A stretch of 64,000 nt of DNA from Nemertoderma westbladi (lineage: Eukaryota; Animalia; Xenacoelomorpha): the NCBI GenBank assembly GCA_032718475.1, contig JAUCBJ010001428.1:854-64853 (forward strand), in the 5' to 3' direction. The position numbers and the translations under genes are program-made. Shown here in pieces: positions 22,676 to 35,490 of this stretch; position 1 is the stretch's first letter, and every line of letters starts with the position of its first letter. The notes below the pieces were generated by a model. It saw only the letters and a program-made list of their open reading frames with translations, was not told the origin of the DNA and ran no database searches.

Positions 22676-23897
22676 TAGATTAATAATTTATCGTGTACGG
22701 CCATAGAGATTCTTTGGTGAGTTTACATTTTACATGACGTAATGCAAGTTGGTTGTGTAAAACCCAACAAGCTTCGACCATTGCCGTGACGGCATGTCAA
22801 ATCGCTTCTCATTGGTTGTTAAATCTAGTTAAACATACATCCTACAGACTCAGAACTGGTTCCAGTCTCGTGATTCATAGCTATTGGTTGGATATTAATT
22901 TCGCAATGTTGGTGTGAATTGTTATTTTGACACAAAATCCAATGTATTTAATTTGTTTATTATTAATTCCTGAGTCGCGAAATTAAAGTTACTTTTGCTG
23001 GATGCTGGTACCAGTTTTTATTGTTGTAAAATCTTTGATTTGTGAATTTGCTTTTGTTTTTACGTTAAATTTCAACGGTTTTACTGTTAAAATACCGTAG
23101 CTTTGTTGCAAATATGCATGACTGTTAATTAATTATGAATATGTAATATGTTACTATCAAGACTATGTTATTCTTACTGCAATACATGTATAGCAGTACA
23201 CCGGCTCACCGGTAGCATTCCTTGGTTTACATGATGGAGTAGAAAGAACCAGAGAACTGGGACGTATCCGCCGAGCGCGCGGGGTTTTTACATGGAGGAT
23301 GACAGGAGGCAGGTGTTTGCACTCATAGAGGGAAGTACGGGGCCGTTTTTCAGGAGCACTATTCAATCGGGACTACAGTGTTATTGGGGGTCCTAATTCA
23401 TTTCGGGTTTTGGTATCAACTTTACACTGTTGACAGACCGGAAACACCATAGATATTTTGGTCCAAATGTTTTAGTCCAGATTTGGTAACCAAATTAGAT
23501 AACCAAAATTTGTTTAGCCCATTTCGGCATTCAAGTACTAACGTTTTAGTCAGACTAGGCCTATACAAACTGTTTGTGCTTTAGTTTAATAATTAGAACT
23601 TGTGCACCAGCTATCCAACTCAAAATAAATGAGTAGTACTCACTGCCCTAATCACTGCACTTAATTTGCCGAATTAGGAACCATTGGGATTTAATTTCTT
23701 TCATTTATTTTATTTTAGCACATAACTTGATTGGAAAGAAACCTTCAGTACTATTTTTTGCGGAGAAAAATATTAGCTAGGACGTTATCATTCGTTTTAT
23801 TTGATTAACTGATTGCAGGAGGTTGAACTATACGTTTGGAACTGAAACCTAGGTATTCCGGTCCGGTACGATTGGTCAGCTGTTTTAACCCGAATGA

Positions 23898-24381
23898 CAA
23901 CCATGCAGCCATGGGACGTTTTGAAATTATGCGGACTTAAGACAGACTGACATTGTCAGGTTGTACCAGCTGACCTTTATTCCATGTTCCGGTATCCATG
24001 CTACTGCACTAGGTACCCCAACAGCCCAATACTGCAATACCAAGCAACGTTTTGGAATTGTACCGGTTACTCAAATAACTCGCCATCAAGGCTACCGCTT
24101 CTGTCTGTCGCAGTGTCGTTGGCGACCTCGACTTTTGGTATCGCTACTGCGCTAGCGCTACGGGCAAACTGGACTAACCGATGAGCGAGACCCGAGAACT
24201 GAAGAATGCATTGAATTTTTTGAGTAGTTTGACTGTGGACTTCTATGACATCGATGCCAAGCTGTTAATGCGAGAGTTTTTATTTAAGTTATTGTTTGGT
24301 TAAATTTTCTTAATTATTTATTTAAATTTCGTAAGTACCGATTTTGGGATAGAATTGCTCAATTTTAATCTGTATCTAATA
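23898..24381 (+). repeat. ~480-bp direct repeat, copy 1
   Basis: Colinear with 27187-27667 with scattered substitutions and indels. Confidence 0.92.
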
Positions 24382-24711
24382 GGCCTACGAGTCAAGTGAA
24401 AGCTTTATGTTCTGTCCGATAAATTAGTCTGAGGGTAGCCAGGTGTACAGTACAAGCAATTTTATACACAGCTTATTCAAACTATAATTATGTCTGTTCA
24501 CCGCAAAATTCAATTTCTCCGCTATCAACAGTACAGTAGAGGCCTAACCTATAGTAATGGATATTCGCTATATTCGATTCTAGCAGTTGTAAGTATAATC
24601 TATACAAGAGTAATCTATACTACCCCCAAGAGCGGTTTTTGCTCTAGGTCAGCAGTAGTCAGACAGTAGTCTGTCAGAATTTTTTCTTACAGTAAACAAG
24701 TATTACGACTT

Positions 24712-25232
24712 GCTAATTAGGGTAACGGTTTCGTATGCCGCTACACTTTTTAAACATAAATCAATGTTTACTACACACCTATGGAAACCACGGCAACATA
24801 TAAATGTTATTTAACTATTCTAGAACATAAATAAAATAAATTATAATGTTCCAGAACATATAGCTAGTAATTTTTAAAATTCAAAACAGCTAGTATTTAA
24901 AAAAAATTCAGGTTTAATTTCAGGTAGCTAGTAAATTTTACGATAGCCAGTATTTTTTGTGGCAGCTAATAAAAAATAAATAAATATTAAAAATTGTAAA
25001 TATTGCAAAAATTGTTAAAAGTCGAAATCTGAGTTTGTTTAAAATTACTACCTAATTTAAAATTAGAAAATAACAAGTTACATGTTCTAGAACATCATAT
25101 TTTGTATTTTATCTATGTTCTAGAATAGTTAAATAACATTTATATGGGGTTCTATAACTACTATTGTATCCATAGTAACAATGATTAAGGTTTAAAAAGT
25201 GAATTTGAATACGGAACCGTAGCCAAAATTAG
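24712..25232. mobile_element. Foldback/MITE with long imperfect inverted arms (~150 bp)
   Basis: TAAATGTTATTTAACTATTCTAGAACATA (~24801) is the reverse complement of TATGTTCTAGAATAGTTAAATAACATTTA (~25114); CACTTTTTAAAC / GTTTAAAAAGTG and the outer ends also pair. Confidence 0.8.
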
Positions 25233-25404
25233 TACCGGTAGTTGAGACCGCATTAAGAAAGGCTCGAGTTATTAGACCTTCGAAGCCCTGGATTACAGTT
25301 CATCCAGCGAAGTATTACTCGAGATCCAGAGTGAGAACATTTGTAGATTCGGTTCCCATTTTCTACAAGCACCACATCACGCCTTGCATCGAAAGACCCT
25401 CCCT

Positions 25405-26085
25405 CTATTTAGGTTTAACACAAAACACAGTAATACTAACCCTCAAAGATGTCATTTTTATAGAACCATTAATCGTTTTGTATTCCTGAATACATTGAAA
25501 CAGTGTTACGATATCGCTATGGACAGATGCATGTATGGTCATTCTTTTATTTGGGTCATTTATATTTCCGCCAAAATAGATTGTCATTCCTCCACCATCA
25601 TTAATTTGTTGTTTTTCATCTTCGTCATCTTTTTGTTTGGAAGTTATTAATGAATATTCGTAGGGCAATTGTCGCGTACGATAAATTGTATCCACTTTTT
25701 CCAATCTCGTATCAGATGCTAACCATTTAATGAAATCATCACTGTGAATAAATTTGTATATCGAAATTGCTTTTTTTCTTATTGATTTTTCACTTGTTAT
25801 TAAATTCTTCGAATCCAACCGCATTTCATCACGAACATCATCTTCTCGATACTTCTTGTCCTGCTCCATGAAATATTTGAAAAGTCTGTAGTCAATAACC
25901 CAAAAATATTGACTTGTTAAGTCCTTCCTTAGATTTCGCCTGAACATATCATCCTTTGTGAGTCGTTCAGATGGTAAGAGAACGTCGATGTCTGTCCAAT
26001 CATCGCTCGTCCATTCCCCAGAGTATTCGCCAGAGTAATCATCGGATCCCCCTTCACATTTGTCATTTTCTTCTTGTTGAGACAT
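25405..26085 (-). CDS. Orphan intronless ORF, 226 aa, acidic N-terminus
   Basis: 681-nt open frame in AT-rich DNA with protein-like composition; no recognised motif. Confidence 0.4.
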   Translation of the reverse strand: MSQQEENDKCEGGSDDYSGEYSGEWTSDDWTDIDVLLPSERLTKDDMFRRNLRKDLTSQYFWVIDYRLFKYFMEQDKKYREDDVRDEMRLDSKNLITSEKSIRKKAISIYKFIHSDDFIKWLASDTRLEKVDTIYRTRQLPYEYSLITSKQKDDEDEKQQINDGGGMTIYFGGNINDPNKRMTIHASVHSDIVTLFQCIQEYKTINGSIKMTSLRVSITVFCVKPK

Positions 26086-26353
26086 TACTATTTACAGTAA
26101 TTTTATGTTTCAATGTTAATATGTATGTATATTAGTAATGCAGTAGTACAACATAACGACACTATCTCGTATACTATCTAGTTTTGCTATATTTATATGT
26201 TCTATACTATTTACAGTAATTTTATGTTTCAATGTTAATATGCATGTAGTAATGCAGTAGTACAACATAACGACACTATCTCGTATACTATCTACTGTAG
26301 TTTTGCTATTTTTATATGTTCTATACTATTTACAGTAATTATATGTTTCAATG
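26086..26353. repeat. ~120-bp tandem repeat (2+ units); further copies at 27700-27910
   Basis: TACTATTTACAGTAATTTTATGTTTCAATG...GCAGTAGTACAACATAACGACACTATCTCG repeated. Confidence 0.9.
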
Positions 26354-27186
26354 TGGGGCGAGCGACGAAAGTAAGCGAGCTTAGCATACAGGTACCACTA
26401 ACTCAATCGGAGTGTCTGTTGATCTGTTGTTATGTTGCTCTGTTGATCTGTTGTGTACAATTTTAAACGTTAATAACTCAGCCAAATCTCGATAAAATAT
26501 ATCCAAATTTGGTACATATGTAGTCTGGCAAAAGTTTAGAAATTTTACAAAATGAATTTGCGTGGGGTCTTTGTACAGCATCTGTGTAACTGTCTTGCAG
26601 TAATAAATTTATCTATCCATAAATTATTAGGTTTGGCATCAGCTGGTTGCTAGGAGACTGCAGGATATATCAGGTGGGTTTGAAATTCAGCAATACCGGT
26701 GGTACAATGCAGCAATAATGTGGCCTTGGGAAGTGTGGTAGGCCTATTTCACTTTCAGCCATTCCAGCATTTCCAGATTGCAGAGTTCAGAGTACGACAC
26801 CGGTACCATGAGATACCTGTACTCAGTACCAGTACTGTTCACCACTGTTGCTGTATGTTGTAGGCCTAGCTTTCTAGGCTGGTTGTCAGTCTGTCAGTGC
26901 AGCAGTGTGGTACTGCTACTGCATTATCTGAGTATTGGTACCAGTACGTGCGGTAGGGTGGGGAGTCCTGCAATTGCCTGAGTGATGTCTGAATTGCGAT
27001 AATGCGACTGTTCAACCATATCATGTAGGCCTACCGGTACGTTACGGTACCTTAATCTTATTAAACATATGTTTTGCAGTACGGGGTACGGTTACCGGTA
27101 CTGTTACTGTGTTACAGTGGTACAGAGTTACTACCGGTACCGTCTTCAGGTCGTTGGCGCCACCCACCAATCATGCTCGGCAACGG

Positions 27187-27667
27187 CAACCATGCAGCCA
27201 TGGGAGTTTTGAAATTATGCTGACTTAAGACAGACTGACATATTGTCAGGTTGTACCAGCTGACCTTTATTTCATGTTCCGGTATCCACTACTGCACTAG
27301 GTACCCCAACAGCCCAATACTACAATACACAGCAACGTTTTGGAATTGTACCGGTACTCAAACAACTCGCCATCAAGGCAACCGCCTCTGTCCGTCGTTG
27401 CCGTGACCTCGACTTTTGGTATCGCTACTGCGCTAGCGCTATGGGCAAACTGGACTAACCGATGAGTGAGACCCGAGGACTGAAGAATGCATTGATTTTT
27501 TTGAGTAGTTCGACTGTGGACTTCTATGACATCGATGCCAAGCTGCCAATGTGAAAGTTTTTTTTAAAGTACGGTAAAGGTTTGGTTAAATTTTCTTAAT
27601 TATTAATTTAAATTTCTTAAGTACCGATTTTGGGATAGAATTGCTCAATTTTAATCTGTATCTAATA
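27187..27667 (+). repeat. ~480-bp direct repeat, copy 2
   Basis: Colinear with 23898-24381. Confidence 0.92.
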
Positions 27668-29483
27668 ACTGACCCTCGTCCTGCGCGATGGCACCACGAA
27701 TGTGTTAATATGTATGTTTATTGGTGATGCAGTAGTACAACATAACGACACTATCTCGTATACTATCTAGTTTTGCTATTTTTATATGTTCTATACTATT
27801 TGCAGTAATTTTATGTTTCAATGTTAATATGTATGTTTATTGGTAATGCAGTAGTACAACATACTATCTACAGTAGTATACTATCTAGTTTTGTTATTTT
27901 TATATGTTCTAGAATCTCTGTGATGATAGTTACAGACTTACAGTATTTAAAGAATAAAGTTAAAGAATGGGTTACAAAACTCCTATATACTGTACTAAGA
28001 TGTGGCTTTGTCACTATTGTTTATTAAGAGTACCAACCATTCCTCTTTAGAGGAATATTAGATAAATTATTAGAGGAATATTAGAGGATTTAATTAATTA
28101 ATAAGGGGTTTATAATGATGATAATGCTGTAATGGGGTTGTCAATCAGGCACCACCAGGCACATTGAGGCTTGAATAAAAAGCTGGCAGATTACCTTGCC
28201 AGGTTCTGGTGTACAAATCAAGTAAATATTTACCGGTTACAATATTTTCCATGGAATAATATAATTGCAGTCAGGCAATGAGATTCCTCCCGCCTCACCT
28301 GTCTGGATTGATAATTATGATAATTATGGATTATGATCAGTCTGTTCTTCCCATGTAGGGCCCTACCACTATCTCCATAATTATAAACGTTCGCAGGAAA
28401 TACGCCCATCAGTCATCAGAGTAATTCCTTCATATATAGAAAGTGAAACAACATTACCGGTTAGGACATATCGAATATAGAACTCAAGGTTAAAAGCTCC
28501 ATGAAAACTTTTATCAGATGTAAAATGTATCAGGGGGAAGCAGAATCCCATGAATTCCCCCCCCCCCCCCCCCCCCCTTGACAGTTGGACAGAAGGGGGG
28601 GGGGGGGGGGGGGGGGGGACGCAAAAAAATCATCCCTCACCAGGGGAAATTGGACGCAAATAAAAGCTGATTACTCTCAAGAATAAAACTGTAACCTGTT
28701 CTATTGTGTTTAGTTTATTATTTAGTTGAGAATTTAACATTGAGGCGGGATATTAATTCGCCAAGGTGGGTTTTGCCTCCAGCCCCCCCTGTCTCAGCGT
28801 AATATTATATAGTGTCATTTTCTGATGACACGGACCCCACTTTCTAGAAATCTTTATCATATTGCTTGAAATTTGAAACACAACTACTGTCAGACTGTAC
28901 TGTAGTTCAACTCTCCGTGGTTGTTTGTTATGTTACCGTGAAGCCGTAATTTTAGATTTTTCTAAATTTTTTATATGCGTTTTATAAAGTGCCTTTTTTG
29001 AAATCGCAACCTTTTTGCATCATGAATTCCAACCTTGGTGGCGTGGTTGGTAGCTGAAATTTGGTTGTTGTTTAACTGTGTTTGGCAAAATGTGCGTCAG
29101 CCGTTTCCGTAATTATTGTAGGTGATTCATATGAAGGTAATCATATATAAGTTGTGAATTATTTTCTTGTTATATGATATAAGTATATGTTTACGTTACC
29201 TCTCGTACAGATTCAATGTAGCAAGTAGTTTTCTTTTTTAGCACTTGTATAAATACGGTATCTCCACCATATGAAACGTTTATTGTTGTTTATTATTATT
29301 GAGTAATGTTATGTTAGGATTGTACTTACAGGTGAATAAATAAATAACTAAATAATAGGCCTAATGCCATAATGAATGTCTGATGTCAATATGTAGGCAT
29401 ATTACTGTATTAATATTGCAGTATAGACTGATTGAATAGTGGAATACGGAATAGTTTGAATACCTTAATTTTGTAACTGCTAA

Positions 29484-31418
29484 ATGACTCTCCGCCCTAT
29501 ACAACTGTTAGTAGCGATGATTTCCGCGCTTACGGTCCTTTGCTACGTATTGTCGTTAACTTATTCCTTGGCTACGACGGACCACGACACATTTTACTCG
29601 CCGTCAACGAAACATCCGCAACCTTTATTCTCCGGGGGTACCGTCAACGAGGATCACCTAGGGCGGTGGGGACGACTTCTCCTCGACTCACTCCCCTCCA
29701 GTTCCACCCCGGTCTCATTGATACTCGCCTACGCTCCCTGGTGTGCCCGCTCGCTAGACGCAGTCTCCCACGTAACTCGCGTTAGCGAAATATTCGCGAA
29801 CACCGTGAACGTATTTGCGATAAACTGTTTCTACAACTCTGAAGGCAGTTGTTTCAAAGCGGAAGGCCATGAATTCTTCTATTTCCCGCGACTTTTCGCG
29901 AAAGTTCGTTCGTTTAAAGGCAACTTGGAGTACAAAGGAGCTCTAAACACCGACTCTATAACGAGATGGGTCACCATGATTACCAACCCAGTCATTCATA
30001 TAACATCTCCAGACCACTGCCATCAATTTATATTCTCCTCCGACAACTCTGTGCTCATTTATTTAAACACTTCCGCGAGCGCAAACGATTTATTGTTCGA
30101 ACGGTACATTGTGGCTGCGTTGCGAGCCATAGAATCAGACTATTTGCGCCCAATTACTTTCGGTTTAGTTACTAACTCTCATATAGCTTCCCTTATAGGC
30201 CTCCAGACAGACGGATCTGGTCTTCTACTCCGTTTATTAGACAACCATCTGCCTTTCTCTCTCCGTAGTTTCAAAGACGGTAACTCCTTATGGTTGTGGG
30301 TTAAACCCCTGGTTTCGTCGCTAACGCAACCGCTCGCTAATTCCAATTCATACCGCTACGAGGCGCATCGTCCTGTCCTCTTCGCGTTCCCTAACTCCCC
30401 TCGACTTCCCTTGGTACTTAGACGAGTAGCTCTCGACTATTTCGACTGCGACCGCTCCCACAAACTCTCTCTAGTCAAACAGTTCCTAGACTCCCCTAAC
30501 CGGGGCTGTCAATCATTCACATTCTCCCCGGACTATTACTACAACCGGAGTTCCTGTAGTGTCTGTCTCGATCTGTCCCGCCCCGAACCTTCCTGCCACA
30601 ACCCCAGCCTATCGCAACCCCTCAACCCCCCTAGAACAACCCGTTTATTCCCCACCGCTCGCGATCCACTAGCTGATCCCTGCTGCGAAGTGTTCCCGTC
30701 TTCCAACGCGGATTGCAACCCGAAACTCTGCCGAACCTTACGACTTTTTGTCTCGAACGACTCCGACCCACACCGGAAGTACGCTACTATCAGCGAATTA
30801 ACTCGCTTATCTTGCCACCCGAAAAACAGCAATAAATCATTGACGATTTATTTAGTCGACTCTAATTTACGCTCATCGGTTGAACAACATCTGGGAGTCG
30901 ATAACGTAGGCCTGGCTATCCTAGACAACATCACAGAACGAGTCTACGTACTGGGCAGCGCAATAACAGTTGCGTCAGTAACCGAGTTCCTAACGAACTA
31001 CACACGAGCGGTAGATCTAACTCCGTTCCTCCGTACGGAACGTAGGAACAGTAAATCCAGCCACGTTGTAGAGGTAGTTAGTTCCGACTTTAACGCGGTC
31101 GTGTTAGACCCTGGTAAGGACGTGTTCCTCATGCACTACGGCAGACATTGCGGCTTCTGTCAACCAGTCAGCCACACACTGCACCGACTGGCTAACACAT
31201 ACCGCGACACCGCCCCCAATCTAACAGTTAGCCGTATAGAAGGCGACTCGAACCATCTCCCTTTGGAGTACTCCGTCTCTATCTACCCTTCCTTGGTACT
31301 TTATCCCGCTTTCCGTAAGAACCACTCTGTATTTTATCCTCCCGAAGTCCCTAAAACTTTGCCTTATTTCGTTAAATTCCTTCAGATTTTTGGTTCCTAT
31401 GTTATTGGAGGTAGTTGA
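29484..31418 (+). CDS. TXNDC11: Thioredoxin domain-containing protein 11-like (PDI family), single exon
   Basis: N-terminal hydrophobic anchor; first Trx domain YAPWCARS (CxxS) with AINC and YFP; second Trx domain KDVFLMHYGRHCGFC..N.LP.EY.V..YP; this CxxS plus CGFC architecture is characteristic of TXNDC11/EFP1. Confidence 0.85.
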   Translation: MTLRPIQLLVAMISALTVLCYVLSLTYSLATTDHDTFYSPSTKHPQPLFSGGTVNEDHLGRWGRLLLDSLPSSSTPVSLILAYAPWCARSLDAVSHVTRVSEIFANTVNVFAINCFYNSEGSCFKAEGHEFFYFPRLFAKVRSFKGNLEYKGALNTDSITRWVTMITNPVIHITSPDHCHQFIFSSDNSVLIYLNTSASANDLLFERYIVAALRAIESDYLRPITFGLVTNSHIASLIGLQTDGSGLLLRLLDNHLPFSLRSFKDGNSLWLWVKPLVSSLTQPLANSNSYRYEAHRPVLFAFPNSPRLPLVLRRVALDYFDCDRSHKLSLVKQFLDSPNRGCQSFTFSPDYYYNRSSCSVCLDLSRPEPSCHNPSLSQPLNPPRTTRLFPTARDPLADPCCEVFPSSNADCNPKLCRTLRLFVSNDSDPHRKYATISELTRLSCHPKNSNKSLTIYLVDSNLRSSVEQHLGVDNVGLAILDNITERVYVLGSAITVASVTEFLTNYTRAVDLTPFLRTERRNSKSSHVVEVVSSDFNAVVLDPGKDVFLMHYGRHCGFCQPVSHTLHRLANTYRDTAPNLTVSRIEGDSNHLPLEYSVSIYPSLVLYPAFRKNHSVFYPPEVPKTLPYFVKFLQIFGSYVIGGS

Positions 31419-32677
31419 TATATTATTAGTTAAATTATAATTCATTTATTTTATTTTATTCAACTCGCGGTGCAATATTTACTCTATTATTAGTCAATCG
31501 CAAATAATTAGGGCCCAATGTAAATTTGCCACAATTAAAATCATAAGAATATAGAAAATTATACACTAATTCCATATTTTTTGGTAAGTTGTGATGTTTC
31601 TGGTTGCTGTTGGGATTACCGGTTCACGTATTTTATATAATATTCCCATATATTTATAGTGAGTTGAGTATTAAACTAAAAAATTTATCGTAAATCGAAT
31701 TTCTGTTTGGGTACGGAATACGGCTGTTGTAACTCTGCACACTCGTTAATTAAAGTAGTCGAGTCTATCTGGCATAAAGTGATTTGCAATCAATCCGAAC
31801 CGCAGTTTTGGATATATTCACAAAAAATATGCAACATTTATTTTGCGGATCGTATATTTATTCATGGAAATTCTACGTATATCGGCATAAAATAAGCCAA
31901 TCAAAATAAACAGTTGGGAAGAGTAAGTATTTAATTAGTGGTGTTCTAGAATAATTTAATTAACTGTACACTGGCCTATCGCACGTAAATTGTTAAATCT
32001 CGGTATCTATCAGGGCGCATCCAATTTGTATTTAAGGAGGGGGAGGGTCACTAATTGACTAGAAAATGTATCCTCTTTTTTAGGAGATTGCATTATATCC
32101 CGATTGATGTTTGCACGTATGTACCGTATTATACAATAGGTTGGTAAAAACTTTCAAAATTTATTTAAATTTATCCCAAATTAACATTATTTACGTAATT
32201 ATATTTATTAATGTATAAGATCTTAGTTGGATGGTCTTCAAATGCCCAAAATTTAATCATAAACCCATTGGCGTCATGAAACAACTGTATGATCAAAATT
32301 TTGATAAATGCTCGTTGCTCCTGTTCAAATATTACTTGAAAAGGAAACAATTTTTGCCACATTTTTTGACACATTTTACCATTTTGTACCTAAATTTGAC
32401 ACTTTTCACCTATATTTCAGTAACCACAAACAAAATGAATAAAGTAGTCATGGGAGGTGTTAAGCCCTAATTTAACCATTTAATGGCTTAATAATTTAAA
32501 TATAAGACAACAACTCTAGTCACAACCGTCATTAATTTATATATTTGGATCTTTTACATGTTCGTATATTTATAATGAAAGCAACATAAATTAAATTATG
32601 TTTTTCTCTAAAATAGTTTATCTTGGGATCCTCCCACGCACACAAGCAAACAGAAGGGTAGAGTAGATGTTCCATTA

Positions 32678-33035
32678 GGCCTGTGCTCCACTGGCAACAT
32701 GGGTCGTATGTCATAAGTCGTTTTCAGATTTTGTCTGAGTCCGTATCAATTTTTTCTTAAAAAATATAAGATGCGTCTCACATTTAATGGAACAATTGAA
32801 CATTTAATGGAACACTTGACTTGAACAATGGCTTGCTGCTACCCAAAGTAACCAATCACAGGCCTCTTGCCAGAAAGAACCCATCATGGGTCGTATGTTA
32901 AAAATGGGACATGGGACATATTCACTTCCGTCCCTGGGGTCGTAACAAACGACTTATGGCATGGAGCTGCTCCCATTAAAACCAATGTGTTCCATAATTT
33001 ATTTTGACTTATGACTTACCAGTGGAACCCGGGCC
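32678..33035. mobile_element. PIF/Harbinger-type MITE with TTA target duplication
   Basis: TTA|GGCCTGTGCTCCACTGG ... CCAGTGGAACCCGGGCC|TTA; subterminal GTCATAAGTC / GACTTATGAC inverted. Confidence 0.75.
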
Positions 33036-34129
33036 TTAATAGGTACTTGAGGGGGGGGGGGGGGGGGGGGGCTGATATTTGCATGGTGCGGTTTCACTTA
33101 GTACTGTATATTATTAAACAAATACACGAGCTCACCAATCAAATCAATCAGAAGCATCACCCAGTCATCATTTCATGTCAAATTTCACGTGAATTTGTTC
33201 ATATTTGGAAAAGCCTTTGAAATTTGAAATTTCTTAATTAATTGCTTTCGGTAGAAAATGCATTTAAAGATTATGGCTTGGGTAATTTATTTAAGTCTTA
33301 CCATTGAAATGTTAGAATTCACACAACCCAGCTAAAAATTTTGATGCAAGGGTTTTGCGGGTTGGGGAATTCATTTGCGAAGTCAGTTTACTAATTTGAC
33401 GGCATTATGTCTGTCTGAACTTGTCCGTCTGTCTTATGTATGTCTGTCCATCAAAATATAAGCGACAGCTGAACAGACTATGTGGATGCCGTCAAACATA
33501 AAAACTGACATCGGAAATGAAATCAGCGACCACGAAATCCCCATAAGCAAGGATGAATGGTTTTGTTATATTTCGACAGACAAACCGTCATAAATACACT
33601 TAAATGTGGTATGCCAATAGCACTGTTAAGTTGTGTTCAGCCAAAGTGGGGAAGGCCAAATAGTGTCTCTCTAGCTGTGAGTGGCGGAATTGAATATTTC
33701 ACTAAAAACCCTACTAGTCCAAATCAAATTTGTTGAAACCAACTTTTTTTGGACTCCGCATCTTCAAATCTGCTAAAACTCTAGGCCTACTGTAAAAAAA
33801 AACTGTAGGCCTACTGCAGTATAAAATGATAATTGATTACAATTATTGCAAAATGTCATGGTCAATGGTTGGCTTGGTGCGCTGGCGCGCTTTTCGTTTA
33901 ACCATATCCCGTGTGGCGCGCTTTTTGTCAGTATTCCATATATATGGCATACATTTGGTTTTAAATCCCCGCTACACTAAATCACGCGCAAAAACATTTA
34001 TTTCACCTCTAAAAGCGCACGGTTTTATTATTTACGGGATGTAATAATTCACAAATTGATTAATTTCTCCTCCTATTTTAGGGGATGATGTAAATGGACA
34101 CATTTATGTGATTTTATCTTCCCCCTTGG

Positions 34130-34990
34130 GATTGGCTGATATAGGAGGGAATTTAAATAAACAATTATATTGTATTAAATCCGCCCGCTAATGATTGGCT
34201 GATTTAGGGGAGAGTTTAAATACACAATTATGCTGTAATAAATCCCCCGCTAATGATTGGTTGATTTAGGGGAGAGTTTAAATACACAATTATGCTGTAT
34301 TAAATCCCCCGCTAATGATTGGTTGATTTAGGGGAGAGTTTAAATACACAATTATGCTGTATTAAATCCGCCCGCTAATGATTGGCTGATTTAGGGGAGA
34401 GTTTAAATACACAATTATGCTGTATTAAATCCGCCCGCTAATGATTGGCTGATTTAGGGGAGAGTTTAAATACACAATTATGCTGTAATAAATCCCCCGC
34501 TAATGATTGGTTGATTTAGGGGAGAGTTTAAATACACAATTATGCTGTATTAAATCCCCCGCTAATGATTGGCTGATTTAGGGGAGAATTTAAATACACA
34601 GTTATGCTGTATTAAATCCCCCGCTAATGATTGGTTGATTTAGGGGAGAGTTTAAATACACAATTATGCTGTATTAAATCCCCCGCTAATGATTGGCTGA
34701 TTTAGGGGAGAATTTAAATACACAGTTATGCTGTATTAAATCCCCCGCTAATGATTGTCTGATTTAGGGGAGAGTTTAAATACACAATTATGCTGTATTA
34801 AATCCCCGCTAATGATTGGCTGATATAGGTGGGAGTTTAAATACACAATTATGCTGTAATAAATCCCCCGCTAATGATTGGCTGATATAGGTGGGAGTTT
34901 AAATACACAATTATGCTGTAATAAATCCCCCGCTAATGATTGGTTGATTTTGGGGAGAGTTTAAATAAACAATTATGCTGTATTAAATCC
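34130..34990. repeat. 61-62-bp tandem repeat (~14 units)
   Basis: AAATCCCCCGCTAATGATTGGCTGATTTAGGGGAGAGTTTAAATACACAATTATGCTGTATT. Confidence 0.97.
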
Positions 34991-34999
34991 TAAATGTGC

Positions 35000-35490
35000 A
35001 AAAATTGGCAGTGAATCAGTTTCCTTGAAAATAATCACTATCATCGGAGTCAGCACCCTTGAAAACCTAAATGGAAACAAATTTGACTTTTTCTCTATGT
35101 ATTTTTAAAATTGGAAAATTTTTTGTTTATACTTGTAATTTTCATTGTTGAGGTTCTGCCAAAAATGGGCATTGGATCAGTGTCATTGAAAATAATCACT
35201 GCCATCAGAATCAGAACCCTTGAAAACCTAAATAGAAACAAATTTGACTTTTTCTCTAAGTATTTTTCAAATTTGTGAAATGTTTGTTTTACTTGTAATT
35301 TTCATTTTTGAGGTGCCGCCAAAAATTGGCATTGGATCAGTTTCATTGAAATAATCACTGCAATCGTAATCAGCACCCTTGAAAACCTAAATAGAAACAA
35401 ATTTGACTTTTTCTTTAATTTTTTTTTAAATTTGAAAATTTTTGGTTTACTTGTAATTTTCGTGTTTGGGGTGTCGCCAAAAATGTGACA
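35000..35490. repeat. ~160-bp tandem repeat (3 diverged units)
   Basis: GAAAATAATCACT..CAGCACCCTTGAAAACCTAAAT.GAAACAAATTTGACTTTTT occurs three times. Confidence 0.9.

Noticed and set aside
23898-27667. LTR pair of a retroelement
   Set aside because: No TG...CA termini, PBS, PPT or TSD identified.
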